From Klebsormidium nitens (Eukaryota; Plantae; Klebsormidiophyceae): a stretch of 64,000 bases of DNA. The stretch is taken from positions 248,001-312,000 of the forward strand of contig DF236958.1 in the NCBI GenBank assembly GCA_000708835.1, read 5' to 3'. A program made the translations under genes and the position numbers. Under the pieces are notes generated by a model that saw only the letters and a list, made by a program, of their open reading frames with translations, searched no databases and was not told the DNA's origin. Of the stretch, positions 50,501-63,501 are shown one piece after another (within the stretch, counting starts at the first letter, position 1; each line of letters starts with the position of its first letter).

Positions 50501-53500
50501 GGGCCACACGGCAACGTCTGTAGCAGCGAGCGTTGGCATGAACGAGTGGCAGCTCAAAACGGCCTTTCATATATATTTTTACCGTTAATCCTTAATTCGT
50601 GGCACCCGTTAAAAGTTGCCACGTGTCCCGCCCTCAAAGACAGCCCCGTGTCCCCCCACAGGCAGCAGCGGCGGGACCGCGGCATCCGTCGCTGCGACTT
50701 TTGGCATGTCGATCGGGCTGGGCATCTCTGAAACGTCAAACCCTCATCTGCGATCTCTTCCTCAGGTGTATAGCCTTTCTGAGAAGCTGCCACGTGTTTC
50801 CCCCGCAGGTAGCAGCGGCGGCACCGCGGCATCCGTCGCGGCGAGCTTCGGCATGATCGGGTTGGGGAGCGACACCGGGAATTCGATCCGCGGGCCTTCC
50901 GGCCACCAGGCACTGGTCGGCATCCGCAGCACCATCGGAATGACGTCACGGTGAGGGATGCGGTGACGTCATTCCGGCTTTCAGCGGTGCTGGATCGACT
51001 GGCGTTACGCTGGTTAAACTTCTCGAGTTCGCCGGCTGATTGTTGGGGTTTGAGCTTTGTCTTCGTGCTAGGGAGTCCAAAGGTCATGCGCTGATACGGA
51101 GTGGGAATTGTTCGACCGGAAGATGTCCTGAGTGGAAACAGTCCCGATTCCGCTTCTGAACGGATTTCGCTTGATAAACCTGCTTGGTTTTTGGATACAA
51201 GTGGGCGCTCCTATGAGAACACACCAATCGAAGCGTTTGCTCTGAAGCTCTTCCATCCCGTTACGTTGGCAACTTTCTTCAAGCGGCGTTTATACCTTCT
51301 TCTTGACACGGAGCGCGTTACTGTAACTTTAACATTTTGAGCTCATTCTTGAAACCGGGTCCGTTCGTTCTGCAGGGCCGGCATCGTCCCCCTGTTCCTG
51401 AACAGGGACATCGGAGGCCCCATGGGGCGGACCGTTGAGGACGTCGCCCGCGTCTTCCAGCACATTGTGAGGACATCCAGCTCTGAAACAAGGCCTCCTC
51501 GAACATTCTTCCGCGACAACTGCTTCGACTCAACAGCTGTGCAAACTCTTGCTGCCTTGTAATCATGGTCTCTGTTCCTCACACAATCACGTCTCCCGTT
51601 CCACTGCCGCTTCCAATGTTTAAGAAAGTTCCGCTCCCAAGGACGCCTCAATAAAGTGAATCTAACACTCCCGTCTGCCAATCATCCACAACACGTAGCT
51701 TCCTATGGTCAGTTCTTGTCGCTCACCTGCTTTCTCTGCCCTTACAGGTTGGCCCCGACCCCTCTCCCGGTTCGGCGCGCGATACCGTCACTTTGCAGAG
51801 CGCCAACTCGACCCTCAACCCGTACGGCATTCCCACGAACTACACGCAGTTCCTTATCGCAAATGGCTTGCAGGTGGGTGAAGCTAAACGAACAGTCAAA
51901 GAGCGTGCTTTTCGGAATGAAGAGTCGTACGCAGGTCGAGTTCGGGTCGTGCAAGAAGATGGAAGAGAGTCCCAAAGGAAGTCGCGCCCATAATTAGGGA
52001 CTCTCAAAATGGAACGGCGAACTACTCGGCTGTATCCAAGCACCACCTACCGTTTGCCTCGACTCTCTTGAACCCTTTTATCGTTCGTGCATGAGCCGCA
52101 AGCATTTGGTGCAATCGGGAGCTTCTGTTTCATTGAATCGGTAAATCGCATCTTACTTGCCCTTGCGGACTACTCGAAGGCAGAAGCAAACTGTTCAGCG
52201 CCTCATTCTGGTTCTCTTTCGGATTCAGTACGCTTGGAAAAAAGGGGCCCGTTTTGTCTAGCCACATCCGCTGCGCGTACCTGATTACGGCCCTGCTATT
52301 ATGCAGAACAAAACGATCGGCGTATTGCGGGGTGCCATCACAAACCCGACGCAGAGGCCCGACCAGGAGATTGTGAACCTGTTCAACAGGGCCGTGATGG
52401 ACATGCAAACGCTGGGCGCGACGATCGTTGAGAACTTCACAGTTCCGGGTGAGTGGGAAAGACTCGGCCCCAAACGTAAACTCGAAAAATCAGCTCTGAT
52501 CTTTCGTGCAAAGAACCTTTGGTTTCAAGCTCTGTGCTAGACTCCCGTTTCTCTCGGTAGTTGGCTTTTGCATCGAGCAGCTTTCTGAAATTCAACTTGA
52601 AACAGTTGGATTCGGTGAATGTACATCCCCGCGAGCGGGCGAATCCAAGCTCCCTAAAATCCTCAAAGTTCTCTGTTCGGTTTTGAGACCCGTTTGAAGC
52701 TCGTGACTTAGTGTAGCACTGATCCCTTGATCTCGTCAATCAATAAAAAGAATCAGGAAACAATCTGCAGATGCAAGCAAAGTATTCGAGGCCGACCTCA
52801 CTTCCGAGACATGCATCTCGCCCAGTCCACGTCATCCACGTCCGGCCCTGACTCGCTAGACAACTTTTAGACACGGCCTACTCGGACTAGACAGCCTTTA
52901 GACAGGTATTAGACAAAGTGCTTTCCCACAGTGCGGTTTCAAAATGACCCAGTTCCGTCGGGCAGGCAACTCGCTGGGCGACGTTCCGTGGGACGGCCGC
53001 AACGGCATCTACATCGGATACGGCACCAACGGCAGCTGGCAGAGTTACCAGAACTCCCAATGCGCGCTCTGGACGGAAGACCTGAACGCGTACCTTCAGA
53101 CTGCGGGAACCCAGCTCAAATCCGCGAACGCGATCTTTGTCAATGGGGGATTCCACCCGAGCGTTTTGGCGACCATGACCGGTTTCCTGAGGAATCAGAA
53201 CATCTCATCGACGAGCCTGCCGTCCGCCGCGGATCTTGCCCGGGTGAGGGGGCGTTTGTGGAGCGACTGCGTTAGAAAGGGACCAAACCTTGCCAGCCGT
53301 GGGGAATAGCAGCGTTACTGAGGGACTTTTGCAAACAGATCCGAAAGGAGGTCAAATTATTGGAATCTGAGGGTGACTGTCTTTGAAAGCGACGAGTCTG
53401 TTTTTCGAGAAGGATGGCTGTTGCAATGAGCTTTCACAAAAGGGCTGGAGTCAGATACGTCTGATTAATAAGACGCGATTTCGTATATAGTGATGCCCTC

Positions 53501-55708
53501 AAGCGCCCACTCAGCTGCAAGCTCGACACAGTCTCCACATGCTTCTAGCATGCGTTGTCAATTGCTCTGCAGAGCCTGTGCTCGAGGAACTATAAGAAGA
53601 TCTGGGACTCAAAAGGCGTGCCCTTCTTGCTTTGCGCAGGGCTATCCGTGCGGCTGCGGCGACGAATACACCAACGTGAGTGACTCACTACATCGAATAC
53701 TGCTCTCTGCGTTCTCAGCGAAGAGACGGCTTGGAAGCTCAATCACGCCTTTTACTGTTCGTGATGTATTTCGGTTGCACTCTCAAAAAGTGTTGTAGCA
53801 ACCGATGGTGAACGTCTGTCGAGGTGACCCTTGTGTTCCCTCCCCTCCTGCCTTCTATTTCGTCTCAAGATGTGCTGCAACATGTACTCGACTTGTTTCA
53901 TCAAACGGTCCTGAAGCTGGCGACCATCCGGCACACGCCGCGAAGGTCGCCGCGACATGCTGTAAAAGGTGGAGCTAATCGCAATTTGCCATGAAACGCC
54001 GTGCCTAAGTGGGCGACCACTTTATCTCGGCCAAACTAGAAACCCCGGACGGCCAGGTAATGTTCGCATACGCGCTCTGATCCGGCGACCCCTCTGCTCT
54101 CTTTCTAGGTGTGCCGCGCAGAGCTGCGCAAGAACCTGGTCGCCGCGATGGACGCTCAGGGAGTGGACGCGATCGTGTACCCCAGTTGGAACAACCCCGC
54201 CCGGTTGATCGGCGACTACGACAGTCCGCTGGGCGACAACTCGCAGAACGTGTGCCCCCCGACAGGAATGCCAGGGATCACCGTGCCAATGGTGGGGGAT
54301 CCCTCCATCCCTATATTCTGCTTCAGCTCACCTGCTTCCCGAGTCTTGATGTAATCTGACGGCCCGGAATGTTTGATAATTATGCCAGTGCTTTGAGGGG
54401 CTTCAGCGAGGCAAGGTTGTCTCGGTCTCAGTCCCACTCTTTTACGGAATTTCGACAGGACAGTGCTTTCGTAAGGCTCAACCCGATCTTCACTTGGTCT
54501 ATTACCTACTTCGTCGGTTCCATCCTATCAGAATGCTCCCGACGATTGCAAAGATTCGAAAGATTCAGGTCGACATTTTGATCTTATCAGACAAACGCGA
54601 GCCGTGGGCGCTCATCTCAGCGCTCTGCTTCGAATCCTTGACGACCGCTGCCGGTTTACTGAAGCTTAGAGAGTGCAGGCAATGTTAACGATGCATTTCG
54701 TGTACTTCTAATTGAATCCTTTTGTTGGATGCAGGGATTCACATCGAGGGGTCTTCCCGCAAGTCTCCAGGTACGCTCGCGTATCCGTGACAATGTCTGC
54801 CCACCAGACATTGTATGCAGATCGCATGTGTTTGTTATCTGACTCGCTCTACGTACGTACTGAGGACTGCTTCCCTTTTGCGGCCGTGAGTTTCGAGCAA
54901 ACGTACAGAGCCCAGTTGGTTGTATCCCAGTACGAATGCGGCTTATTATGTTTCATCAGCTGGATACCATTGATCAAGAGCTATGGAAACCTCCATACGT
55001 CTGTAAAGGCTCTGAAAGTAGCTGCAAATTCCTGGTTCCCTCACATGCGCTGAGAATGTGAGATAGGAACCAGAGTCGCGCCTGCTGAAAGCGCTCCAAG
55101 TGAAGTCGCGTACGAACAACCTCTCGCTTGGATCACCAATGATTCCATCGTTCTCCAGATCGCGGGCCGGCCTTACGCCGAATCGACGCTCTTCACAGTC
55201 GCGTATGCATACGAGCAGGGGACCATGCGCCGCAGGGTGAGCTCTTTGTTCCTCAGAGGAATGTGACTTGGTTGGGTCCTGGATTTCTGGGCTTTTGCGT
55301 TCGAGTCTTTTTGTTTCAACCTCAGGACGTCGTACGTACGCACGTCGACCCTGCCTGCTTCAGAAAGGGTTCGCAAGGTAGACTTGGAAACCCGGAGTCC
55401 GAGTCAGTATCTTGTTGCACAAGCGAGGTTCGTAAAGCTTCTGTGCTTGCAATAAACGCAGCGAAGCGTCCAAGAATCGACTGCCGGGTGCGCTACATTT
55501 TTCTCAATGGGAAGAGCACAGTGGCCGAGTCAAGGTCAGTCACGTTCGGACTCTCCGCTGTCTTTGAACTCGCCTGCTTTGCTTGCAGGCTCCGCCCGCA
55601 TTCCCTGAGTGCGTTGCCAACACCACTTCTTCCATCGTGTCATCCGATCTCGCCCGAAGGAAGCTTCTCGAGTTGGCCGGAGCAAGTGCCAGCTTCAGCG
55701 TCCAATAA
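47549..55708 (+). CDS. Secreted amidase-signature family enzyme (Ser-cisSer-Lys triad), 15 exons
   Basis: Exons 47549-47708, 48282-48409, 49015-49068, 49548-49793, 50129-50267, 50809-50950, 51376-51466, 51748-51873, 52307-52448, 52966-53243, 53640-53675, 54109-54291, 54735-54770, 55159-55236, 55589-55708; phases consistent. Signal-peptide-like [16 protein letters not shown]. Motifs [58 protein letters not shown] and AYAYEQ. Confidence 0.9.
50620..50727 (+). repeat. Partial duplicate of acceptor plus 5' part of amidase exon 6
   Basis: CACAG|GCAGCAGCGGCGGGACCGCGGCATCCGTCGCTGCG (pseudo-exon start 50662) versus CGCAG|GTAGCAGCGGCGGCACCGCGGCATCCGTCGCGGCG (50809); 147 nt apart and in frame. Confidence 0.85.
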
Positions 55709-56897
55709 GACGCAGACGGCGGAAGTGCCTGGGGCGATTCTGAGGCATTAAGAGATGGTCGGAATAGGTAAAAACTGCCTGGCTGAACCAGTTCAACGCA
55801 AGAACAGGTCGGACAGGCTGACTAAGGAAATGTCTCAGAGAGTGAGAGGACGGATGACCGGTCATCTGGGGGCCAATGGCAGCCCGTACCTTCTCCAATG
55901 AGGCAGTTTCTCGAAATGTGTCAAGGTCTGCCGTTATATAGCAGAAAGTAGGAAGTCAAGGTAGGTCAAGCATCTGGACACGGGTTGATTGTCTTTAGTG
56001 CAGCCTTGAGGAAAGTTTTCGGTGCATGTGTATTTTCTTATGGAATGATGTGCGCATTCTTCTATGTATTTGGGGCGCGCGCATCTGATATGCATGTGTG
56101 CGGGTTGGCTGTTTAAGCCCATCCCGGATATGTATGGTAAGTGACATCTCATGGAACTTACGGGATAAGTTTCAACCATGAGAACCCCATATTCCCTTAA
56201 CTCATGGTCATGCCGGCCGGGGGCTAGCAATTATGTATACGCCCGCAGCGGCTCCCGCTCGGGGATCTCCAATTTAATTTGAAAGCAGCGCTTGCCATGC
56301 ACTGGGAGTGTGTGTCGATGTTACCCCGCTGGCCGTAGAGGGACTACAACAGTTTTTAAACTCACATGATGAATGCATGCGAGGAATTGAAAAGCCATTG
56401 ATTCAATACATGCTGTTTGTCGGCGATTTGGGCGGCCCCCCTACTTGGTCACCAGCTTGCTCGGAGCTGCTGGCTTGTCCAACGCATTAGAGAGCATGGC
56501 CGGGAAGGCTAAAGGACTATAAGCACGTCCGCCAAGACTGAGCGCAATTACTACAAGATTTGTCCCGTAATATATATCTTGTACTCAACTTCAGAGTCTA
56601 GACGCCTTCTTCCGTCTTCTTCCGTCTTCTATATCTTGTCGACCAGACACAAAGATCCTTGATTTGACAACTCTTTATTTTGAGGCCGTTACAAATTTTA
56701 AATATGTAAAACAGACTGCAAACAACATCTCTTGATTTGCAAACTCATGATGGACGCGACCCCTCCCCACCATTAAAAGGTAAGGAAGTCCCCTCCTTAT
56801 CAAACCTAGCTAGCGCGCTGGAGCACCGTGCCAGACTGCCCTCATCTCCCAATTTCAAGCAGAGTTGATAAAATTGTAAACTTTTTTCTACCCAGCT

Positions 56898-57841
56898 CTA
56901 GTCGGCAACACCACCAAGCTGCAAAAAGGGTGAAAGTGCAAAATGTCAGTATGCTCTTGTGAAACATTCTGAATGCTCGTTGTGGATATACTAATTCCGG
57001 GTACAGATGGAAAAGTTCGCTCCCTATGTATCGATTACAAGTGCTCACTCCCTTGATCCACACAGCCCACGCTCCAATCGAGGGCTAGGGCAAGTGCAAC
57101 TTCCGCTTCAGTCATTGGATCACTTTTTGCAACAGTCTCAAAGTACAGATTCTGCGTGACACTTACCTCTACCGCCGCAATTTCCTTTGCTGAGAGGGGC
57201 GTCCGCTGTGGCTGCTCGCTAGCGGTCCCATGGGCCAAGCTTGAGGAAGAAAGAGCTGCTGACTTTGGAGCAGCAGGCGGGGCGGCAGGAGGGGGGGTGG
57301 CTCCCACAGAGGGGGACGGCTGCGACACTTCCCCTCCGGCTTTCTTTGCTGCATTGAGAGGAGATTGTATCCATCAACTCTTGGATTCTATCCAAATCAA
57401 ACGTCAGTATGTTGTCACTAGCAAACGTTTTGCAGTTTTGGAGGGAAGATCTTCTAGGTTGGGGAAAACTTTTAAAGGAGAGTGGAAAGCTCTTTCAAAA
57501 GACCGAAGGGACTGATCTTCCTTAGAAACGCATCCACCATCGAAGGCTTGACATTATGCAGAAATGAGAAGGCAAGACCAGCCTGAATTGCTGGCTTTCA
57601 AACTGCCCCGTCAGCTCTTCTGAACACCTGTCCGCAAGCCCCTCTAAGACTCTTCTATTCTGAGACAACTTCTGTGTAAAATCTGAAGAGTAGGTTCACC
57701 AGCGCAGATGACTCATTGAAAGGCATACAATAAGCTTCAGTCAACTTCAAGCAATGAAACTTGTTACACCTCAGCTAGGAACTTGCCTCCGTATCGGAAG
57801 CGGATCATTGGGACTCGCCGCATTGCTGCTTGGCTGGCCAT
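56898..57841 (-). CDS. KGD4: KGD4/MRPS36 family (2-oxoglutarate dehydrogenase adaptor subunit), 85 aa
   Basis: Exons 57841-57787, 57348-57167, 56918-56898 give MASQAAMRRVPMIRFRYGAKK...RTPLSAKEIAAVELGGVAD*. It has the family's N-terminal RxPxIxF motif, a P/A/S linker and a C-terminal EIxAxxLGG motif. Intron 1 requires the GC donor AG|GCAAGT. Confidence 0.85.
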
Positions 57842-58388
57842 GTATTCGGACTTGCGCAATACTTCGGGGCAGCGATTGGTGCTCTTCAAATAGTCCTCTA
57901 GCTTCAATGCTGGGGCAGAAGGTGCAAGTCACGGTTGGTCAAGAGCAGAGGGTCATTTGTCACAGAACGACAATACAAGATGCCTCTTGGGCGCACCACC
58001 CTTCGAAGAAGTGATACAAAGCCCACACAAAGAGCAGCGGTGAATCGATTGTGGATTTGATCGTAATTTGCTTTTCAGAGAGACAGAGAAGGTGAGGCGT
58101 CCAGGTTCTGCAATGCAGACCTTCCTTGTCAGCTCAAGAGCTACACATTACGTGCAAACCTGCAGCATGAGGTGTGACCACGGTCCTCTGAACGCCCTCA
58201 CAGCCTTCTGAACGAATACAAATGCGGCCTAGCTGTGCAGCACGCCTGCTGCTGTTCTAAAGATATTTTTACCGCTACCTTATAAGTTATAGGGTAGGTT
58301 GAACTCTCTACCAGTTGCGTAACGCCATGGTTAAGTTAAGTCGTAACCCTGTTTGGCACCGCTGCTATTATAGGGTTCGATAGTCACG

Positions 58389-58401
58389 AAACCCTAAACC
58401 C
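58389..58401. promoter_or_regulatory. Telo-box in the divergent promoter between KGD4 and the plastid protein gene
   Basis: AAACCCTAAACCC, with TAGGGTT at about 58371 nearby. The intergenic distance is about 790 bp. Confidence 0.5.
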
Positions 58402-58628
58402 GTGGTGGGGCGGGTGGGCTTTCTGTCGCCCTTTCTTTCTGTCCGTCACGGTGTGGCCGTCAGTGTGACAATCGCGAGGCCATTTCACTTTTTCCACTTT
58501 TCCACTTTTTCCAGCGCCTTGACTCTGAGGAAGAGCTTTTCAGAAGCGCAGTGCTGACCTCTTCTTCAGATACCTAGGTGATTGCGAAGGTGTCTGTGAT
58601 AATACTGGTTGTTCCTGCAAACGCCACC

Positions 58629-61600
58629 ATGGCCGCCGCTTGTCATTTTTCGCACGCCTCGTTATGCAGTAAGGCATCAATGGCGGGAACACAATGCCAG
58701 AGTCACACCACAGGAGTGGCGTGCAGGGACTTATCATCCGTTGCATTTCAATGGGGTAACACAGCTCCTTGGCTGGGTAGGTCGAAGCTGACCGGACCGG
58801 CAAAGCGGAATTTGCAGATCAGGAATGTTGGCTGGGTAAGGGTTCCTACATTGTTGTACCACTGCCCTTGCTGATCATGAGAGTACACCAGTCTGTTTAT
58901 TGGCGTTCGTTTGCTTTGTCTGCTTTCATGTTTTCTTGCCTTAGTTCCAAAGTTTTTGACAGCAAGAGCGCCGTGCACCAACAGCGGCGACAATGTCGTA
59001 TGGGCAACAAGTTGACACAGAAGTCTTTGACCACAGCGACGAGACTAGAAGGGGCTGGGGAAAGGCATTGAAGACTATAAACACTTTTTGGACGAGCTCA
59101 AACTCTCATCTTTCACAAACTGACAGTCTGGACGATTAGCAGCCGGGATTTGCTTCAGAGAAGCAGTGCGTTTCTTTGATCACACATTGAGGGAGATTTT
59201 GATCCTGGCAGTTCCAAGCAAAGTTCTCTTTTGCGGACGTACACCTTCTCTCAAACTGCATACCACCATGGAGCTTAACAATGTTGCGATCCAAGTAAGG
59301 ATTTTCATCGGGGTGTCCCACGCGACCGCAACATCAGTCTTTGCCCTAGAAAGTTTCTTTGTGTTGATGCTTCCTCCATCTGAGGTGGTCATACTCCTAA
59401 TGCAAGGTATTTTGTGACATTTTTGGATGGTTGCCCTGGAAGACTCTGTTTGCCTCCGAATCCCCTCTTTATTAGCAACAGTTCAAGGGATTTGGCAGTT
59501 CCAGTTGTTCCTTGAGCCAGCATCATGGACCACATGGTCGGGTATACTGTGAAGATACAAGGTGCCAAGGCGCCTGCGCACTTCTTGGGTGGTAAAACTT
59601 GCCATCAAATCAACCACTGGCTTGATATCCCCCACTTGTTTGACTCTGTCTGCTTCCGTCCATCTCGGAAAGCTGCGCCCCTGTTCTTGCTGCAATCTGC
59701 AGGCAGATTATCTACCAAAACAAGTCTGACCAAAGGAATGGGGGCTCTGTAACAGGATCCTGAAGGAATTCTTGCGCCTCCAAAGCCGGACCACATAACC
59801 CGACGGAAGGTCATGAAAGATTGGGCCAAGGATGCGGAGGCGAAAGAGAAAGCAATGGCGGAGGCAAGGAAGGAACTGGAGCGAAGGGCAGAGGCTCGGA
59901 ATGTGAGCAGCTGCATCTCCTTCCCGTTCAGGCCTAGCTTTAGTACGTTATCCCTTTTAAGGAGACGTTGTGGGACCTTTTGACGCTGCTTCTGATGGCC
60001 AACGTCGTTGTCCTTGTTTGTCTCAACGCTTGGACAGCACACTAAGCAGGTTTTAAAGCTGCGATTACATCAAGCTAGAGATCTTGGACTTTTGAATAGT
60101 AGTCGTAGATTTTCTCTGGCCAGTATCTAGACTCTCCAAGTGCCATTGATTCTTAATGTAGTATAACATCGACGAGGTCATCCTTCCGTCAGCGCACCCC
60201 ACAAAGGTGATACAACAAGTAACATAGGAAAAAGTTTCCAAGCTCGTGAACTTTTGAGGTGCACATCACAGTTGATACTATCTCTCTGGTGGTGTGAGCT
60301 TGTTGAAATCTAGCTGCTCCTTTGGTTCCATCGGAGCTGTCTGTCATGTCCCCCTTCATACTACCTTTGCTGCAGACGATGCGTGGACCTTTGAATGTTC
60401 TTTCCTTCCTCTTTACGTTCCAATCCATCAGTGGTGTCCTTGACATTCTCATATCAGCCATGTCAGGAACATTGTGGTGGTAGTTTAACCTCATTGACGC
60501 AACCAGAGGTTCTTTCATCTGGGGAGGGCCCCTTTCCTTGAGATGCCGGTCAAGTCGTCAACTCTGACATTTGCTCAGCGTATACGCGTCTTTGGAACCA
60601 ACACCAACTGGATTTCATTCCCTTTTAGAACGCCTTAATTTCACTTTGTGGCCTCAGACTTTATGTACCATTACATGACCTCGGACAATCAATCTGCATC
60701 GCAGCCCTCACAGAATCTCAATCGATTTTCGTTACTGAAAGCTAATCTCGAAACGATTTACCCCTCCACAGGCGCGCAAGGTGCCCGAGTCTAGCTTCGC
60801 CCTCATAGAGTACCTGCTAGACACGGAAGCTCAGGAGATGGAGTTCGAGATCGCAAAGTGCCGGCAAAAGCTAACCGATGCATTCTTCCAAGAGCTTCGG
60901 ACGGAGGTCGGGTCGCTCAAGTTCGGGGTCAACCAGTCGGAAGATATAAAGGACCGGGTTGTGGAATTGGAGGCGCTCGAAAAGGTGTTAAAAGAGGGGA
61001 TTGGTGAGTCGCTGGCGGCGCTAGTCTCTCTCTTTTATGCATCTTTGCTGACATCACTTGACCCAAAACGAAGGCGTCGGTGACCATCCAGCGGTCAGGT
61101 TCGTTGCTTTTCGAGATAGCGCTGAGAAGCAGAGCAAACATCTGACTGACCGAGCCCATGAGAAGTCATCGCCAATGACTCAGCAAGCGCGTATCAGGGG
61201 CCTCCGTTGACAGCTAGGGCTTGCATACGTTGGACGATGACGTCTGGCAAGAGACGGTGATCTTCCTGAAGAGAGACCTGCCTTGCTGATAGGAACATGT
61301 TGCTGGTTTCTTCTTCATCGTGGCCTGACCACTGGTTACGTGCTCAGACGTGCAACACACATCCTGATTTGCATTTCAAATTGGATTTTCGAAAGCTTCT
61401 TTTTGGTGGTGGTATTTGGAGCGTAATTATCGCTTCCTTGGATCTGCAAAGAGGTCAAAAAGATGTTTGCACAATCTCAGGCAAGATCTATGCAGAGAGT
61501 TGCAGAGCTGTTCTCTCGTTACTAGGCGGCAGTTACTAAGAATATTCTTCTCAGCAGTTATGATGACGGTGGTCAGCGCTCTAAAAACACCATAGAGCGA

Positions 61601-63213
61601 CGGAGCTTTGGGCTTGTCGGTAACGACTCTCTGCGCTGCTCTTGCAGAGGCCTATGACAAGCTGACGTCAGACATGATCAGCGCCAAGGACCGGTTGACG
61701 CGGCTACTAACTTCGAAAGATAAGAAGGCAACGGTGGGTAAAACATAAAACCCTGTCATCTGCGTGTAACGGATTTCATGAGATGCAGCCGATGTCAGCA
61801 AAGCCTTCGCTCGACGTCTTTGAATACGTTTGCGCTTTTTCACTCGCGTGGAACAGCAGGGGATATTGACTGGTTTCATCATGTTGACAAGTTGTCGTAA
61901 CTGCGTATGTTAATCTTCAGTCGGTGAAAAACAGTAGGATTGTTGTAAATTACCACCGAGTGTTTGGAATCTCAGCGGGTTCGGACATGTTAGGAAGGGG
62001 ATGCAGATTATCATCTGCATAACGTCACTGGCGGGGCTGAAAGCCCGGCCCCTGCATTTTGCACTGCGTAAAAGACCGCTATCTCTCAATTCTGTCCCTG
62101 AGTATGAGTCGCTCCCGCGGGGTGACCGGTGCCGACAATCTTGACCTCTTCTGTGACACGCCCTCTTTAGATGAACCTAAATGCATTTCGGATGGATGGT
62201 TAACGATACCACCAGCCTTCTGCCTTTGTAAGCAAATACTCCCCAAAGTAGCATCCTCCATTTCCCGATCTTCCTCCTATCCGTCAGCACGAATATGTTT
62301 GCGGCCTCACAGGCGGCTTTCATAAAGCGGAGCTCGCGTGTGCTTCTTCACATCTTGCCATAGCTTATGCTCGCTCTCTCTTTCTGCTTCGCCCAGCTGC
62401 TCGAGATGGCTGGGGAGAACGAGTTGGACCGGCCGTTGCTCGCGCTCCTGGACGAGAACACGGCGCGAGCACGGGAGGCAGGCCAGGTAAGCGGCCCGCC
62501 ACCCTTTGTTCTGGCGCTTTGCTTGTCTCTTTTTCTTTTGCTGATGCGTTGTTGATAGTCCGATCGCGGTATAGCTTCCATGGCTGTGAAACTCGTTGGT
62601 TTGATCGTGTCAGTGCCCTTAGCTAGTGCTCTGAACGACTTCGGCACTTCGAAGCTGGAGGATGTCCGAGATGGAAATCGGAGGGGAGTGCCGTTCTATT
62701 AGAATGATCGGGTAAACTGAGCGTGTCTGGAGATTAGCAATGGGACCTTGTTAGAGGCTGCGAATTCTTCGCTTTGGGACCGTCGTACTTGGGCATTTCA
62801 CTTCCGACTTTAAGTTTTCCAGAATGGTATCCCAAAGGCGCTAGAGTTGCAGTTTATAAGGGTTGCCCCCCGCAGAATGATGTGCCACGAAGAAGCGTGA
62901 GGTTCGTTAGTGAAGCTTGCAGTTCCTGTCGTCGGGAGCGTAGAGGCCACTCGGAAGCCGAAATAATGTCCGCTTTGAACGGGAAGCGAACGGCCTTTCA
63001 CGTCGGCTGACTGCCGCCTGCCCCAGTTTCTTTGTTGCGCTGGTCATTGATTTCTAGAGTGGTCCTATTTGCTTCAGCTGTTTGCGGTCGTTTCAACCTG
63101 TATCTTGACGACCTGGAACGTTTTTCAACTCATAATTTCGATATATGCAGGAGCAAGCGGCAGAATTCATGGAGAAAGTGCGGATGGCTGTTCTCAAATA
63201 CCTGACCGTATGA
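58629..63213 (+). CDS. Conserved green-lineage plastid-targeted helical protein of unknown function
   Basis: Exons 58629-58835, 59756-59902, 60772-61003, 61648-61733, 62397-62486, 63151-63213; phases consistent. S/A-rich transit-peptide-like N-terminus, then WDPEGILAPP, LIEYLLDTEAQEMEFEIA, ELEALEK, AYDKL, ENELDRPLLALLDEN and FMEKVRMAVLKYLTV*, which resemble land-plant uncharacterised chloroplast proteins as recalled. Confidence 0.8.
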
Positions 63214-63501
63214 CACAAAGCCGTTGTAATAGAATTTCCGCTTTACTTTTTTATCTTGAGTTTGGGGACCGCATAAGGCCTCTGTTTGTTTAATCAGGTA
63301 CCGCAAAAGTTAAGATCGTACACCTTGAACAACATGCTCCAGAACGTGGACAGACGGATCATATTTTGCATGTTGGCATGGCATCTTGCAATTTGTAGTC
63401 AGTGACGAGTTGGGCCGCCCAATCATGCAGTTCCGCATACATGGGCCGTAAGTTTGTACCCTTGAGTGTTTAGCATCAAAAATCGCAAGTAGGGAACGTA
63501 C

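Noticed and set aside
52857-52931. TAGACA repeats and an alternative CAG acceptor at 52931 in the amidase intron
   Set aside because: The 52931 acceptor is out of phase with the upstream donor; the repeats look like low-complexity slippage.
17724-57841. TCA-cycle gene cluster (citrate synthase plus KGD4)
   Set aside because: The genes are about 32 kb apart with unrelated genes between them; chance co-location is sufficient.
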